Shown: positions 1 through 13,054, counted from the first letter of the stretch. The stretch is 64,000 bases of DNA from Zygnema circumcarinatum SAG 698-1b (GCA_037447605.1 CM074815.1:1240001-1304000), one strand, 5' to 3'. Numbers and translations are program-made. The notes: generated from the letters alone by a model not told the origin.

Positions 1-3
1 TAG

Positions 4-2975
4 GAATACTTCGAAATGGGCAAAGCGTATTCTGCAGCGTGGACTGACTGCTCGGACTAATCCTGAGTCAGATGCGACCCGGGTAGCAATCGCAGAACAG
101 CTCCAAATGCACCAAGATCTGAAAAGGAAGATCCACTCGGCAACCATTGGGAGGGAAGATGAGAGTGATGAGGAAGAAAGTGATTCTGACGAGGAAGCAG
201 CACAGGAGGGAGAGGGGGAAGATGGAGGGGCTCTTGATGGAGGGAAGGTGAGGGGACTGGTATTGGGAAGTGGTAGAAATAAGATATTGGCCAAGGGAAA
301 GGCTGCAATGTTGAAGGAGCTGGAACATAACCCTGACGAAGATGTTCCTACAACTGGACTGTTTGCGCTGCCTTTCATGGTGAGGCCCTAAACCTCGAAC
401 CCTCTTCCAGAGGCAGCTCAGTATGTGTATAAAGGCTTACGGAGAAGAGAAGGTTTCTTTAGCCGGGGAGGAAAAATGAAAGTGTTAATTTAAGAACTTT
501 GAAATTCAGCTGCTGTAGCCGAACATACTTTGAGCAGGAGTTAGATGTTATGACTGCTTGAAACTAATTGGGAAGAGGATTTTATTTAACGCCCTCTGAT
601 GTATGGGCATTACAGGCACGCGCAATTGAGAAGAAACGCAAACAGGCAGAGCAGGAAGCCATGGCTGTGTTGCGGGAGCTTGAAGAGGAGGCGGAAAGAC
701 AGCATTCGGATTCGGATGGCGAAAGAGAAGATGGGCAGAGCAGGGAGGAAGCAGAGGGTAATGATGACGGACCTGTGTCTGGCAGAAGGAATTTTGGATC
801 TGCTGCTATGGCTGCCGATAGAGGTGCTGAGCAGGCGGGGGAGGATGGGGAAGAAGATGGAGGAGAGCGTGCAGGCGGCAGTGAGGGCGAATGGAATGAA
901 AGCGAGGATGCATCTGGTGATGAGGGCAAAGATATCAGGATGGGGAATGGTGGGAGAAAGCAGAGCCGAACGTTAGGGATTGGAAAGCAGAAGGCCAAGG
1001 TTCATAATTCACGTCTGAAGGCTACCTTTGAAAGCGAAGAAACAGGCGGGGCGACAGTGGAACTTCCGGAGGATGGAAATGAAATCAGAGAGGTATGGCG
1101 TCTGTGTAGGTTAGGACATAGTTTTTGAGTGATTGAATTAATGGCATTGCATCTCACTCCTTGCTTGCCTCAGTGTTTGGCCTGTTATTCTTTGCCGTTT
1201 ATGTTTTTTCATGTATGCCCTGAACACATCATCCAATTTTGAATCGTCTATGGGATCAGAAAGAAGCTTTGAGCCTTGCCTGCTGGCAATAATCTTCATC
1301 TGGAATGGAGGCAGGTGGATATGTTTGGATGGGTGGAGCTGATGGCGGAATGATAAAGAGTATTCATGGGTTATTTTATGGCCTTTGCAGGTGGGCGTGT
1401 CTGCAGAATTCACTGTGAAAATGAAGGAGCCTTTCTCAGTGTATGACTTTACCGAGGATCACAGTGGCCCCTCCTTTCGAGAAGATGCAGAGGAGGGAGC
1501 ACCTTTGGTAGCCAATGCTGAACTTGAGAGACGAGCAGTTGCTGGTAATGGGGAAGCAGCAAAGGAAGGTCGGAAGTCTGTGGGCGGAGCTAAAAGTTAT
1601 GCCTCTTCCTTGGGGAATAATCCATCTCTTTTCGGACCCCAGGAAATGGGCAGCCAAGGGAGTAAGGCGGCAAAGGAAGGAAAGGTAAAGAATAAAGGGA
1701 CAGAGACAGAGAATGGACTACAAAGTGAGCGCGGTAAACAAACTAAGGGGCAGCGTGGAGAAGATAAGAGTGCTGCGAATGGGAAAGTTGCTAAGCCATT
1801 GGTTTCTACGGGTGTGCCTGTGGAGGACCAAGAGGAGGAGCAGGACTTAGAAGACGACGAGAAGGTTGAGGATGAGGATAATGGGTTTGATACAGGACTT
1901 GGCTTAGGTTCTGCGACTGAAATACCTGAAGGATCGTTTCTTGATGCAGTGGGGTCGCAGAGGGAGCTTATACAGAGAGCATTTGCAGGTGATGATGTTC
2001 AAGCTGAGTTCGAAGAGGAGAAGGCGGAGGCATTGGATGCGGAGGTGCCTCGTCAGGAGGGCCCTGTGACTTTGCCGGGATGGGGGCAGTGGGCTCACAC
2101 TCAGAAAAAGAAGGGACCACCACAATGGATAGTGAAGGCGAAAGAAGCGGAGGATAAAAAGAGGGAAGCAGCGCTAAAGAAGAGGAAGGACGCGGTTTTG
2201 AAGCATGTGGTGATATCTGAAAAAGTAGACAAGAAGGTGAGTGGTGGAGGTAGCCAAATAGACTGTCGCTGTGCTTGTTTGAAATGTCGCTCACCTGTCT
2301 CTTGTCATTCAGAAGTTAGTGAATCCGGGGAATGTTGAGCAGAGCTCGGCCCTTCCCAGCATCACCCTCAACATCACCACATTAACATCACCGCAAATGC
2401 CATCAACACCCCCCCCCCTCCCCCCCCCCCCCAACCCTAAAATGCTGAAGTCTGTGTGGAGTGATGGCATGGCATGTCGACTTGGTGCAGGCGGCCAAGT
2501 ATGCGCACGCACAGGTGCCGTATCCTTTCACTTCAAGAGAGGATTTTGAGCGGAGTCTGAGGGCTCCCATTGGCCCCGACTTCAACACTGACAAGGCCTT
2601 CCGCAACATGACTCGCCCGGCTGTAAGTTTTGGCATATATGGCTTGCGATCATCCTTTGTTGCTTGCAAGAAGCCTCTCAGGAGCATTGGCCAGATTATA
2701 TAGGGCATGGCTAAGGGGAGGCTGTGATTCTCTTATGTCAGGAGGATGCCATGCGGAAAAGCTCTAAGTTGCTCTTTTTCTTGAAACTGAGGCATTCGTG
2801 ACGGTTCGATGTGCAGATTGTGAAGAGTGTGGGGACGGTGATAGACCCCATAAAGTATCAGCACAGCTCGAACACGGAAAAGAGCAGTAGAGGGGCAGGG
2901 AGTTCGGGCGGCAAAAGGAAGGCTTCCGCTCAGAATGTCAAGAAGGCCAAAAGCTTCAAAGTTGGGAAAGACTAG
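4..2975 (+). CDS. UTP14: U3 snoRNA-associated protein 14, 3' part of a multi-exon gene (5' end outside window)
   Basis: Exons with GT-AG boundaries: 4-379, 616-1092, 1391-2236, 2491-2622, 2817-2975. They join in frame and give Utp14 motifs NTSKWAKRIL, GLFALPFM, LPGWGQW, VPYPFTSREDFERSLRAPIGPDFNT and GTVIDPIKY. Stop TAG at 2973-2975. Confidence 0.93.
2409..2440. repeat. C10-T-C13 homopolymer followed by AACCCTAA, in a UTP14 intron
   Basis: Read directly at 2409-2432 and 2433-2440. Confidence 0.85.
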
Positions 2976-4616
2976 AGCCGGGCGTTGGGCCGATAGTGAA
3001 GCAGGATGTTTACGTCTTAAACGGGCAGGGATTAATGGGAAGCCATGAGCAGATCGGATTGTTGCGAGCATCATTGCAGGTGTCGAAGATCTCTTTGGGT
3101 CAGACTCGTGTGGGAGGCTATGGTGGTGTTGGCTTCTATGATGATGATGTCATGCGTAGGATATTGACGGCTTGTCAGCCTCTTGGGTGTGAAGTGTAAA
3201 CACATGGAGCTGTTCCATGTTCACTGTTCCGTTTTAGTTAGATGTACACCGTTTGGCTCAGATGGCCATACGGTAGTGTAGATCCAACTTCGAAAATTCG
3301 CTTGTTTGGGCCTCAGAATTCACTATTGTTTTGGAAATCATAAATTTGTGGAAGGTTTGCCCAAATTCCGCTCTCACGAGTTCTGAGCCTTTGCGGGCGC
3401 CTAGAAAGTCCGTATTTTGGAATTCAGCTAAAAAAAATCCGAATTTAACCTACAGTAATATAATTTTAGCGGACACTGGAGCGTCTGCACAGTCACTTCC
3501 TTTGGGCACGGTCCCGTCACAGAAATTAAACACTGCAAGAAGTTCTTCGAAGTCCTTCAACTTCTTATGCTTCTTCTTGTGTCTTGTTCTTCTTCTTCTT
3601 CTTTTCTTCTACAAAAGTCTTCTGAAGTCAGAATGAATAATGCACGTTTCACATGTACACGTTTGGACGTTCCTGCAGTTTAGACAGATCTGGAACGAAA
3701 AAGCAAGAGAAAGCAAAGCCACCCAAACGCCGCAAAAACTTCATCCGCCCTCGGCATCCGATAGATATGCACGATTTCCCGATGCACGATTTGCATGCAT
3801 CCGTCTCCGCAACGTCATCCCTTTGCGTCCAACATCAATTTGGAACTCATTTGTCGTAACAACTCAGCATTTTGTTGACTTTGGTGCTCCAGTGCATCGT
3901 GAATGCTCTGAACAGAGAGCTGCTGAGCCATCGAGGAATTACGGACACCGTCGCTCCAACGAACATCCAGTCGACAAATTCAAATTTACCTGCAAATGGA
4001 AAATAACCGCTTTCAAGAGCTCACAAGGTGAGCGTCTCTACCATGCTTTGTTTGGACTTACTCGACTAGGAAGCAATGGCATCGGATGCTTCCACACCCA
4101 CGACTCCATTCACAAAGAAGCTGACAGGCCCAGGCCATACATTTCGTCATTGGAATCATGACTACTCTCCCGTAACCACGTGAACAGTCTTCGACAGACC
4201 AACAATAAAACTGGTTGATGATGAAACAGTGCTCCCCGAACTGGTTTATTAAAAGAATATATACCGAAATCTTAAGAAAAGAAAAAGAAGTGAATCTACA
4301 CTAATATACACTGAAGGTCATCAAAATTTTGCAACGACACGCTCTACAAATTGGCGCCAAAACCCACAAAGCAGTGGGCTCGCACCATGTCCTGTCCTCC
4401 TGTGCGCGCTTGTAGGGCTTACGTCATCTGGTTTTCTGTGGCGCTAAGCGACGGGAGACCTGCGCATACCACTTCGCTCTATTGTCCACCTCTTTTCGCG
4501 ATAAGCTGATGACAGCAAAACGCAAATTTTCTCGCAGAAACTCGACACGACTTGACCGTATCACCGAGCCACGGCCTGAGTCCACCAGCACGGCGAATCG
4601 CTAAAAAAAACGAAAG

Positions 4617-4716
4617 CGGGAAAGAGAGGGAGAGAGAGAGAGGGAGAAAGAGGGAGAAAGAGGGAAAGGGAGAGAGAAACGGGAAGGAAAGTGAGTGAGA
4701 GAGGGAGGGAGAGAGT
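4617..4716. repeat. GA-rich low-complexity tract just 3' of the minus-strand GH16 stop codon
   Basis: Purine-only run gggaaagagagggagagagagagggagaaag... read directly. Confidence 0.85.
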
Positions 4717-4717
4717 G

Positions 4718-6959
4718 CTTAGTCGCTGAGCGGAGTGATGCGCAGGCCCTTGTAGTGCGCCACGAAGGGCATGTCCTTTCCGTCCCACTTCCCCGTCCAG
4801 TACCAGTCGCCGTACTTGACGGAGCTCGCGTTCCAGACGGACGCGTAGAAGAAGACGGGCTTTGCCGGGAACGGCTTCGCGCCGTCCTTCTGCGCCGTCT
4901 GCCGCACCGCGCCGTCCACCAGCCACCTGCACCGCCAAGAAGCAAAGTCGACTGTCAGTCTTGGACTGGCGGGAAAGAGCAGTAACGAAGGGAAGGTTTT
5001 ATCGAAAGTGAAGTCATCAGCGAGCAGAGGGGATGGAGGGCGCGCCCTCACTGGATCATTGTGGGGCCGTAGCGGATGGTGTAGGTGTGAAAGGCTTCGG
5101 AGCAGTCAAAGCCGAGGTCGATGAAGCCTTCGTGTCCACCCACGCCATTGACATAGTAATTGGTTTGCACGCTGTACTTGTCCTTGCCCAGCCACTCGAA
5201 GTCGATCTCGTCCTGCACGGCCTCGCCGTTCACTTGGTATCCCTCCTTGGAGGACAGCTGCCGCCCACAAGAGCAAAGCACCGTCAGCCATGGTTCAATC
5301 ACGAACACGACAAGTAATACTCAAAAGCATGCAATCAAACACGCAGACGATCCACTTCCGATAGATTAGGCGTTGATTGCTCTTCGACTGCTTCCAGTGT
5401 TGTGGTCGTGCAAGCTTACATAGAGGGAGGAGAGGAGTCCGCTCGTATCACCAGCAGGGCACTTGAAGGAACCCGTAAACTCCCCGGAAGCATAGTACCT
5501 TGTGCTGTGGAACCGTCCTCCTGCAGTCCAATGACCATCCCACAAAAACCAGAGAGAGCATGAGTGCACTCTCAGAAAAACCGAACCTCACGATCAGCCA
5601 AATAGCTGCCCCATTAGCCCATGCATCGCCCAGTCACTGGCCAGAGTGGAGTTGCGAGCGGATCCACTGACCGCACTGACTGGCGTCACAGGTGATGGTC
5701 TGAGAGTCGGATTCAATGGTGGTCTTTCCGCCATAGAGACCGTTGTCGATGCCGATTGGGTACACGCGAGCGTCGGGCAATGCTGTGGGGAAATCGGGGA
5801 TGGCGGAGATGGGGCTTTGGTACACGACATCGTGGAAGGAAGAAGTGAATGTGTCGGCGCCATCGGGGACGCGCACGCCCCACGTGTCACTCAGCCACTT
5901 CTTGTTGCTGAGGGCGAGGTACAAGTAGAGAGGCTTGTTGGGGACGGGGCTCGAGAGCCACATGGTCTTGTCGTAGATCTCGAGAACGTTGTTGTCGCTC
6001 TTCCACCTGCAACACACGCAATGGACAATAGTTGTTCAGCTAAACGGAAAGGCATGCGAGGGAAGCTCTGATATGCATGGCATGTCTCCAAGTGAAGCAC
6101 GGCATGCATTCAGGCATGACCCGTGAGGCAGGTTTCAAGGCGCTGACATGATCTTCTCCGGAGTCCAGTAGATGGAGTAGACATGGAAGTCTTGGGAGCA
6201 GTCGTATTCGAGGTCCACCACCATGTTCCAACCGCTCTCGCCGTCGACCATGGTGTTTAGGAGCACGATGCTGCGGTCGAATCCGGGGAACTCCATCGTG
6301 ATGGACGACCGCCGGGAGTCGTCCGCATCCGACGACAACTGCAATGCACGCCACGTGGCAGGAGGATCGCGAGGGTAAGAAGAATAAATTGGACTCCTCC
6401 CAACACGAGGGCACACAGGCCTCTTTGAGTGGGTTTTTTGGAGTTTGAGGCGCGTTGGGAGCTTACGAAGAAGGCGGTGTTGAGGCCGTCGGCGCTCTCT
6501 CCCGTTGGACACTTGATGCGTGCGGCGAACTTGCCGGAGGTGAAGGTGGAGGCGGAGCGGAGGCGGGCCCCTGCCATGAATGAACGCGCGGCAGCACACA
6601 AGGGAGGGATTGCAGTGAGGCCCTTGCGGCGTTGCAGAGGGCGGCCATTGCACAGCGAGGAGAGGGGCGACGCACCTTTGTACGTGGCCTTGCGGAAGGT
6701 GAGGTCGTAGCTGTTGGCGGAGGCGGCCACATTGGCGCCCCCCCCCTCAGCGAGGAGGGCGGTGGCGGGCGTGCCGGCGAGCGTCTCTGCGAGAACGGCG
6801 CTGTTGGCCATGGCGGCGAGGCAGCTCGAGGGGGCGCCCAGGAGGGCGAGGGCTGACGTCAGCTGGGTCGCCAGGCGCGTCCCCGCGGGAGCAGTGCATT
6901 GCGAGAGGAAGTGCCGCGCCCACGCCGCCTTGTTGCGCGCCTTCCCCCACGTGCCCGCC
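4718..6959 (-). repeat. Left arm of a 2,242-bp apparently identical inverted repeat (partner 14051-16292)
   Basis: ORF-track translations match across frames with constant coordinate sum 21010, so no indels. Introns checked by eye are exact reverse complements. The match breaks at 6960/14050 and 4717/16293. Confidence 0.93.
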
Positions 6960-7315
6960 CCCGCCAGAGTCTTTGCGTTTTCCACGGTCGTCAATGCTCT
7001 CCCTACGCTCTTCTTGCATGTCACGTCACCTGCCCCCAGCGGGAGCGACTTCATTGCGGCCATCAGCGCGCCCAGCTGTGGGTCTACGCCCCTCGTGCAG
7101 TTCATAACCGGTGCATGAATCTGCGCGTCCATAAGCTCTGATTTCAAGTCGTGAATAGCTGGGCTGTTGTCTGCGGCCGGCTCTTCCAGAGCCTCCCCGG
7201 TTGGATAGCGCTCTGTGCCTCGCAGATGTATTCCCCCGTCAGCCGCCGATGTAGGCCTGAAGGAGCAGTGGAGGGCGAAGTAGGCGGCGCAGAGGAGGAG
7301 GCGAGAGGAGGCCAT
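4719..7315 (-). CDS. Secreted tandem GH16 (EG16/XTH-like) protein, copy A, 7 exons
   Basis: ATG at 7315 with hydrophobic signal peptide [19 protein letters not shown]. Exons mirror copy B (coordinate sum 21010). Domain 2 has [34 protein letters not shown] and FYASVWNAS. Domain 1 has SITMEF in place of EIDFE. Confidence 0.88.
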
Positions 7316-7349
7316 GGCGGCGGGGCAGAGGAGCGCGAGGAGGGAGGCG

Positions 7350-7475
7350 GCGGCGACTTTTAAAATCTGAGCGCGCCGCGGCCGCCGCGGGGGCGACGGC
7401 AACCTCCGTACGGCCGGACGAATCGCTGTGCGCTTACGTCTCCGGTTCGCTTACGCTCTTTGCACACGTGGCGCG
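7350..7475 (-). promoter_or_regulatory. Promoter of GH16 copy A: TATA-like TTTTAAAA, GTAAGCGCACA motif, G-box/ABRE CACGTGGC
   Basis: Block gcggccgcggcgcgctcagat(a/t)t(a/t)aaaa and GTAAGCGCACA (7427-7437) are shared with the copy B promoter. CACGTGGC at 7465-7472. Confidence 0.6.
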
Positions 7476-7974
7476 TTGCGATTGGGTGAAGTGTTCCATC
7501 AGGCGGTTTTCAAGAAATGACGCGCCACGAAGAATGCGCTTTTTGCCGGCCTTCTGTGCCGGTACCAGTACCCGCGCGCTCCCAATCAGCGGTCGCCACG
7601 TGGACGAGTTATGGCCCACCCCGATTATCGGAGTGTCCGCCCATCTTTTGTCGGTACAGTAAATATACGGACGGACAATGTACTGTACGGCACAATCTCT
7701 AGCATGAATCTTCAAGGAACAGTTGTTGGCTGGCGGCTGAAGCACGGAAGATCTGCTTCGCAGGGACGCACATTCGGCCGTCGATGTGGGTGTGATCGGT
7801 CGGCGAGGATTCACGCTGATCGCAGGACAAAAAAACAAATTTAGGACTGGTTGTCGCAAGTGACGTTTTAGTGTGGTCCTCTCTCTCTCACTCTCGCTCG
7901 CGCTCTCTCTAGCTCTCTGCAGCATGCTTAGATTACTCGCCTGCAATGCAATGTAGACCTATGGAGGCTATGCT

Positions 7975-8251
7975 GTCCCCCGCCGGCAGCCAGTGTAGGC
8001 CTGAGGGAGCAGAGGAGGGCGAAGAGGACGGCTTACAGTGTTAGGTGAGGGGAGGCCATGGAGGCGGAGGCCATGGAGGCGGAGGCCATGGCGGCTGGGC
8101 GGAGGAGCGCGGGGAGGGAGGCGGCGGCGCCTTTTTAAATGTAAGCGCGCCGCGCCCGCCGCGGAGGGGAGGGCGGTCGGCCGCCCGAGGGCGACGTGGG
8201 CGCCGGACGGACCACTGTGCGCTTACTATGATTTCTTGCGGTAAGCGCACA
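7975..8251 (-). pseudogene. Third, truncated GH16 5' end: promoter plus signal-peptide fragment with a premature stop
   Basis: Reads MASASMASASMASPHLTL*AVLFALLCSLRPTLAAGGG, against copy [30 protein letters not shown] 15-bp unit is triplicated at 8051-8090. TAA at 8033-8035. TATA block and GTAAGCGCACA are retained. Confidence 0.8.
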
Positions 8252-8489
8252 ATCCCGTGCATATGCGGCGCGTTGATACGGAACTAAATAGCGCTCTGTC
8301 GTAAAACTGCCACCACAGGGAGCCCGTTGGGCCCTGCGGACACGGCGGGACGGGAATCGGCGGGCCGTACTGGAGTTAGTCATTGGAGCTGATCTGATGG
8401 CTGACTAGCTGTGGCTGGCCAGAATCTCGCTAATAGCCACGCGTGGCTGGAAATACTAAATGGCAATATTGGTTAATCATTTTCTGCTG

Positions 8490-11400
8490 ATGGCTAACCA
8501 AGTCGAACCTGCTAAGGGGGTGCTGCAGCAGGAGGTGAGGTGCTGCCTGCTTGGAGGGAAGGAGGAGGCAGGGGGGTGGGGGGCTGCAGGGCGCTCCCTT
8601 GTTGAGCAGCAGGGGAAGGGCAGATGTTGAATGTATGCTGGAGAAGGAAAGGAGGGAAGGAGTGAGGAAATGGAGAGAGCTTGCAGGCCGATCGCGCCTC
8701 CGAAGCTGCAGATTTCTGCAAGCTTGGTGGATGCCGTCCTGCTTTCTGCCAAAATATAATTCTCGCAGTTCTGGATGATGGCGTCGAATGCACAAGAACG
8801 GCGGGTTATGATCGTCTATGGTACAGTAATTTGCATCCAGAAATGCCAGGTTTCGTCAATACAGCTGCACTGCTTCAGTTTCATGCTGACAAGCAAGTGC
8901 ACAGATAGTGAAGGCGAAGCTATTGACGGTCAAGGAAAATCCTCACGTTTATTTCATTTGCAATTTCTTCTTCATATTCGAATCTACATAATGCATTGCC
9001 GGAGCCAACTCAACTCGACTTAGAAATCTGTAGATTCTGAAACTGACATGGCAGAATTCAAAGTATTGAGTGAAGACGTTCTTTTTCAATGGAAGGGATA
9101 TTGACTAAGACATCTAGCCCAAATGTGATTGACTTTGCTTTCGGCAACTGGTCATGAAATGTGCATCATTTGGTTCTCTCGGCGCAGATCCCAAAGGAAC
9201 TATTAGAACGACATCTGATACGCAAAGCAGTCCTGTGGTTCATCTCTGCCACCCAAAGACTGGTATGCATGTAATCTTCGGGCCTTGTTAATGAGTCAAA
9301 AGTGCCATGGCGAGGTCGTCGAGTAACGTCATGTTGTTTACATTGTTTGAATTGCGCTGACTTGTGCAAGGCGTTGTGAGACGTATTCACGCGAAGAGAC
9401 TTCCGACCAAATTTGTTTGTGCCAGCAGGCTGCCTTGTTTTGTAGGTTCAATTTGGCATTGTGGTTCTTCCTGGGACATGTTGATTGTTTCTCACTTATG
9501 CTTACTTGACGATGTGACGATGGCATCTCGTAAAATTTCAGCTTCAATCGTGTCATAGAGTAATGGAACCTGACAGCAGTTCTTGTGTGTTATGGTTGCA
9601 GGAGCTGCTGCATGCTATCTACTGCACGGTTCCTATTTGCAGGAGATTCATTGGTTTAAGAACAACCTGTCGTCATGGTTTGTCGGAGAGTCTGTTATTG
9701 AGGGTGAGTTGCCAATGCGAGGGCGATTTTGCGTTCTGTCTGGGAGCATGTTGGTTTCTTTGCTCGGTGGTTGTACAGCTCCAATATAAGTCTCCGTGAA
9801 CAATGCATGGCAAACATCCATGGTGACAAGGTGCCATCAAGTCCCGGGAGGTCGAATGTGAGATGAGACATTGATTTCAATTCCTTGGGACTATATCGTA
9901 TCGGCGCATTGATTGAATCAACTCCTAATTTGTTAAAGCACAAGGCTGCATATTCCACGCTCGCTTCGGTGACGGCTTGCCGCATTCCCTATAGCACATT
10001 GTTTAGAGCATTTGCTGAAAGCGCTGATTCATAGCTGTGTGCAGGGGCTGGTCAGATGGCAGCCTGTATTTGTCGTCTCCAGTGGACCCATTGTTCTTAA
10101 TAATCGGACCATTGGAGCGTGCTCGGATGAAGGTGCGATTCTGAATTTGATCGCAGACCTATGCTTCTCTGTTTCATAGGCCAAACATGTTTTTTCGGAT
10201 GTGCATTAAGCCACAGAAGTCTAGGAACCATCATATAATTGAAAACTTCAAAATATTTCTGGCATATGCGTGTATTCTGTACACACTCAGACCATTTCGT
10301 ACGTGGATGCACCTTGACCCTAGCATGCAGTACAAGTATGCAATTTTTCATACACTGGTAGACTGTAGCCTGTTGTTCTCAAAAAATGGCTCGTATCTCT
10401 TTTTTATGTTGCAGAAGGGTGATCATGAGGGCAATTATCGAACATTGGAGGACATACTTTCTGTCGATGGCTTTCCTGCATACGGAACTTTGCAGCCCCT
10501 GGTGGAAGACAGGCTGAAGCTCATCTGCTCGCTTAAAGGTGAGCTTCTACCACTGCAGCTTTGAGAAGTGAGAGAGGAAAGGTGAGAGCAGGTGAGAGAT
10601 TTGGAGAGGAAAGGGTAATGTATTGCTTGTGAATTGGAATGTGATGCAGAGTTAGGAGGGGAGATGTATTTTCGTATGGATGACAAACGGACCGTGGCTT
10701 GGCTCTGCTGCAAGGTGCTCATCGTCATCGCTCATTATCCCCTATGCTGCACAGATAGATGTATTTACATATAACTAACTTCTTTTTCCCATACGGGTGT
10801 TTAACTTCAAGGCTGATGAGCCAAGGAGCTCTTCACTTTCTGATGCAGGTAAATCAGACATGTGCAGCGCTCCGAAATCATGGAGGAAGGACAATGGCGT
10901 CAATTTCTGACCTTGATTTGAGTAAGTCATCTTGACCTCTACTTCCCAAAGATTGAGATGCAGACGTGGTGCCCATATACTGTTCTGCAGTGAATCGACG
11001 TATGTTTGTGGTAGGTGGAGTCCTCCCGTTCTGAAAAGGATTAGTTTTGGGTTTGCGGGCCTTTTGGCTTTCCAATGCATGCCTGAAGACTGCTCTGAGT
11101 CGCATTTGTTTCGAAGATGATCGTTTGGCTTCAAATGTCCCATTCCTGGAGGCTTATTCCCTTGCTGCTACTCTATTGGCGGCTCTATTGGCTGGCTGAA
11201 GCTGATCATAGGCTGGGGAGGCCGTTTGTAAACAGAGACTTATGCCGTGGGCATGCTCGGAGAGTATCTGTCTGACACGTGGCACAATCGGCTTTCCTCG
11301 CAGTTTGGGTAAGCTAAAAACCTCGACTTACACTTTTGCTTCTCTGACTTTTCAGATCCTGCGAAGGAGTTCGTGTGTTCGACAAGGCTGATCGGTAGGG

Positions 11401-11997
11401 TGGTAGCTTAGACAAGCTTGGTGCCCTTGTACAAAAGCTTCACATTCATCTAAACTAAATTGCAGCATGCAACTGATTGCGTGGGAGGTACGTCCCTACG
11501 TGGGTCCCTACAAGGTCCAATTGGAATCTATAGGACATGGAGACTTTCTGAAAAGATGAACTTTACCTCTCTGCAATCATCAACCTGTCAATTGATGAGT
11601 GTTTTTTTTTTTCTATAGAGAAATTCAGTGCTGTGCTCACTTTTTTGTTATGCAAGCTTGGGCTCATCTTGTTCAGTGTCGACCTAGCAGCAGCCAAAAA
11701 GCAGCGAGAAAGCAGCAGCACGGACCCAATAGTTGTGACCCCCCAGGCGTCCCTTCAGGTGAGACCACATACCTTCACAACTTTTATGCTTTATGGTAGA
11801 TGTTGGTGCCTGCTTAACAGTGTCTGGCATGTTTCTGGAACTATGTGTTTTGGGTTTGTGGAGTGATCTTACCTTTCGATTTTTGCACGCAGACCCAAGC
11901 TGCTAATGCACAGAAGAGACCGAAGACTAGCAGCCTCAAGAAAGGCCTCCAACCAGGCGAGAGGAAAATCACAAGCTTTTTTGTCCAACCGCGTTAG
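8490..11997 (+). CDS. RNASEH2B: Ribonuclease H2 subunit B, multi-exon
   Basis: Exons about 8490-8534 (tentative), 8769-8820, 9189-9262, 9603-9703, 10056-10132, 10415-10539, 10650-10714, 10849-10921, 11236-11309, 11677-11758, 11893-11997. Motifs: HLCHPKTG, YLQEIHWFKNNLSSWFVG, DGSLYLSSPVDPLFL, EDILSVDGFPAY, YFRMDDKRTVAWLCCK, GMLGEYL, and C-terminal PIP-box-like RKITSFF. Confidence 0.88.
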
Positions 11998-12542
11998 GAC
12001 GACAACTTTTGGAAGAGTGTCTTTAGGAGCGCGTCAAACATGCGCCATTGTATTGTGCGAGTAGTCCGCGGATGTTGGAGCCTTCAAGCGCGAAGATGAG
12101 TCTTCAAGCACGAAACACGAAATACAAATTACGATATGTCAGGACTGGTCTATTCACTCACCAAGTGCGGCTTCATGTTTTTTTAAGGTCGCCAAATTAG
12201 TTTCATTAGTTTCCAATTGGCTGGTTGATTTTTTTGTTGTTTCTAGCTAGAATTATCTTAAACAGAATAACTAAGTCTCCGGGTTTTGTGTTAGAGACGG
12301 GAAGGCTCTTGTTTCTCACAGCATAGTTGCTTTCCAGCGCAGCGGCTGAGTATTCATCTTGTGCACCTGCTTTTGGAACTTTGAATCAGAATTCGAAAGC
12401 CTCTAAATTTGGGATTTGCGAATCAGGCATTCGCTGAGTCGAAAGTCGCCAATGCTGTCCAAAAAAATGAACAAGGAGAGCTGATACCGAGAGGTGTGAG
12501 AAAGGGGGGCGGGAAGGAGCGGCGAGTGGGGGAGAGGGGAGA

Positions 12543-13050
12543 GAGATACAAGAGAAGGCACGTGTCATGTGTCTTTCCATTTGTTCCTTTGCAATCTGCA
12601 CCGAGAGAACCAAATGGTGCACATTTCATGACCAGTTGCCAAAAGCAATGTCAATCCCACTTGAGTAAGATATCTAAGTGAACACCTCCACGCGACATTT
12701 CCGTTGGAAGCACGCCTGCACTGAATACATTGAAATACGCCATGTCGTTTTCGGTGATCTTCAGAGGTCTAACCCGGCGCTTGTTGGATCCAGCAATGCA
12801 TTTTGTAGATTGTAACATGAAGAAGAAACTGCACTGGAATAGCCCTCAGGGTTTGCCTTCGGGTTCTAACAGCTTCACCTTCACTATCTGTGCACTAGCT
12901 GATCGTCGGCATAAACCTGAAGCAGTGCAGCTGTACTGAAAAATCCTGCCATTCTGAATGCGATTTCCGTGCCCTTATCGCCCATAACCCGCCGGTTTCC
13001 CGTGCTCATCCACCAGCCCTCCCTGCGAGAGCGATATTTTCCGCCGAAAG
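12543..13050 (-). pseudogene. Decayed inverted copy of the RNASEH2B 5' region (exon 2, intron, start of next exon)
   Basis: Reverse complement aligns with about 8742-9245. Example: gattgacattgcttttggcaactggtcatgaaatgtgcaccatttggttctctcggtgcag vs gattgactttgctttcggcaactggtcatgaaatgtgcatcatttggttctctcggcgcag. Translates to WWMSTGNRRVM vs FWMMASNAQERRVM. Confidence 0.82.
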
Positions 13051-13054
13051 AAAG

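Noticed and set aside
3331-4161. ORFs 3331-3636, 3640-4161 and 3653-3859, and a Lys/Arg-rich minus-strand stretch near 3540-3610
   Set aside because: No recognisable domains or consistent splice chain. They lie between convergent 3' ends, and the basic stretch comes from a CTT-rich simple repeat.
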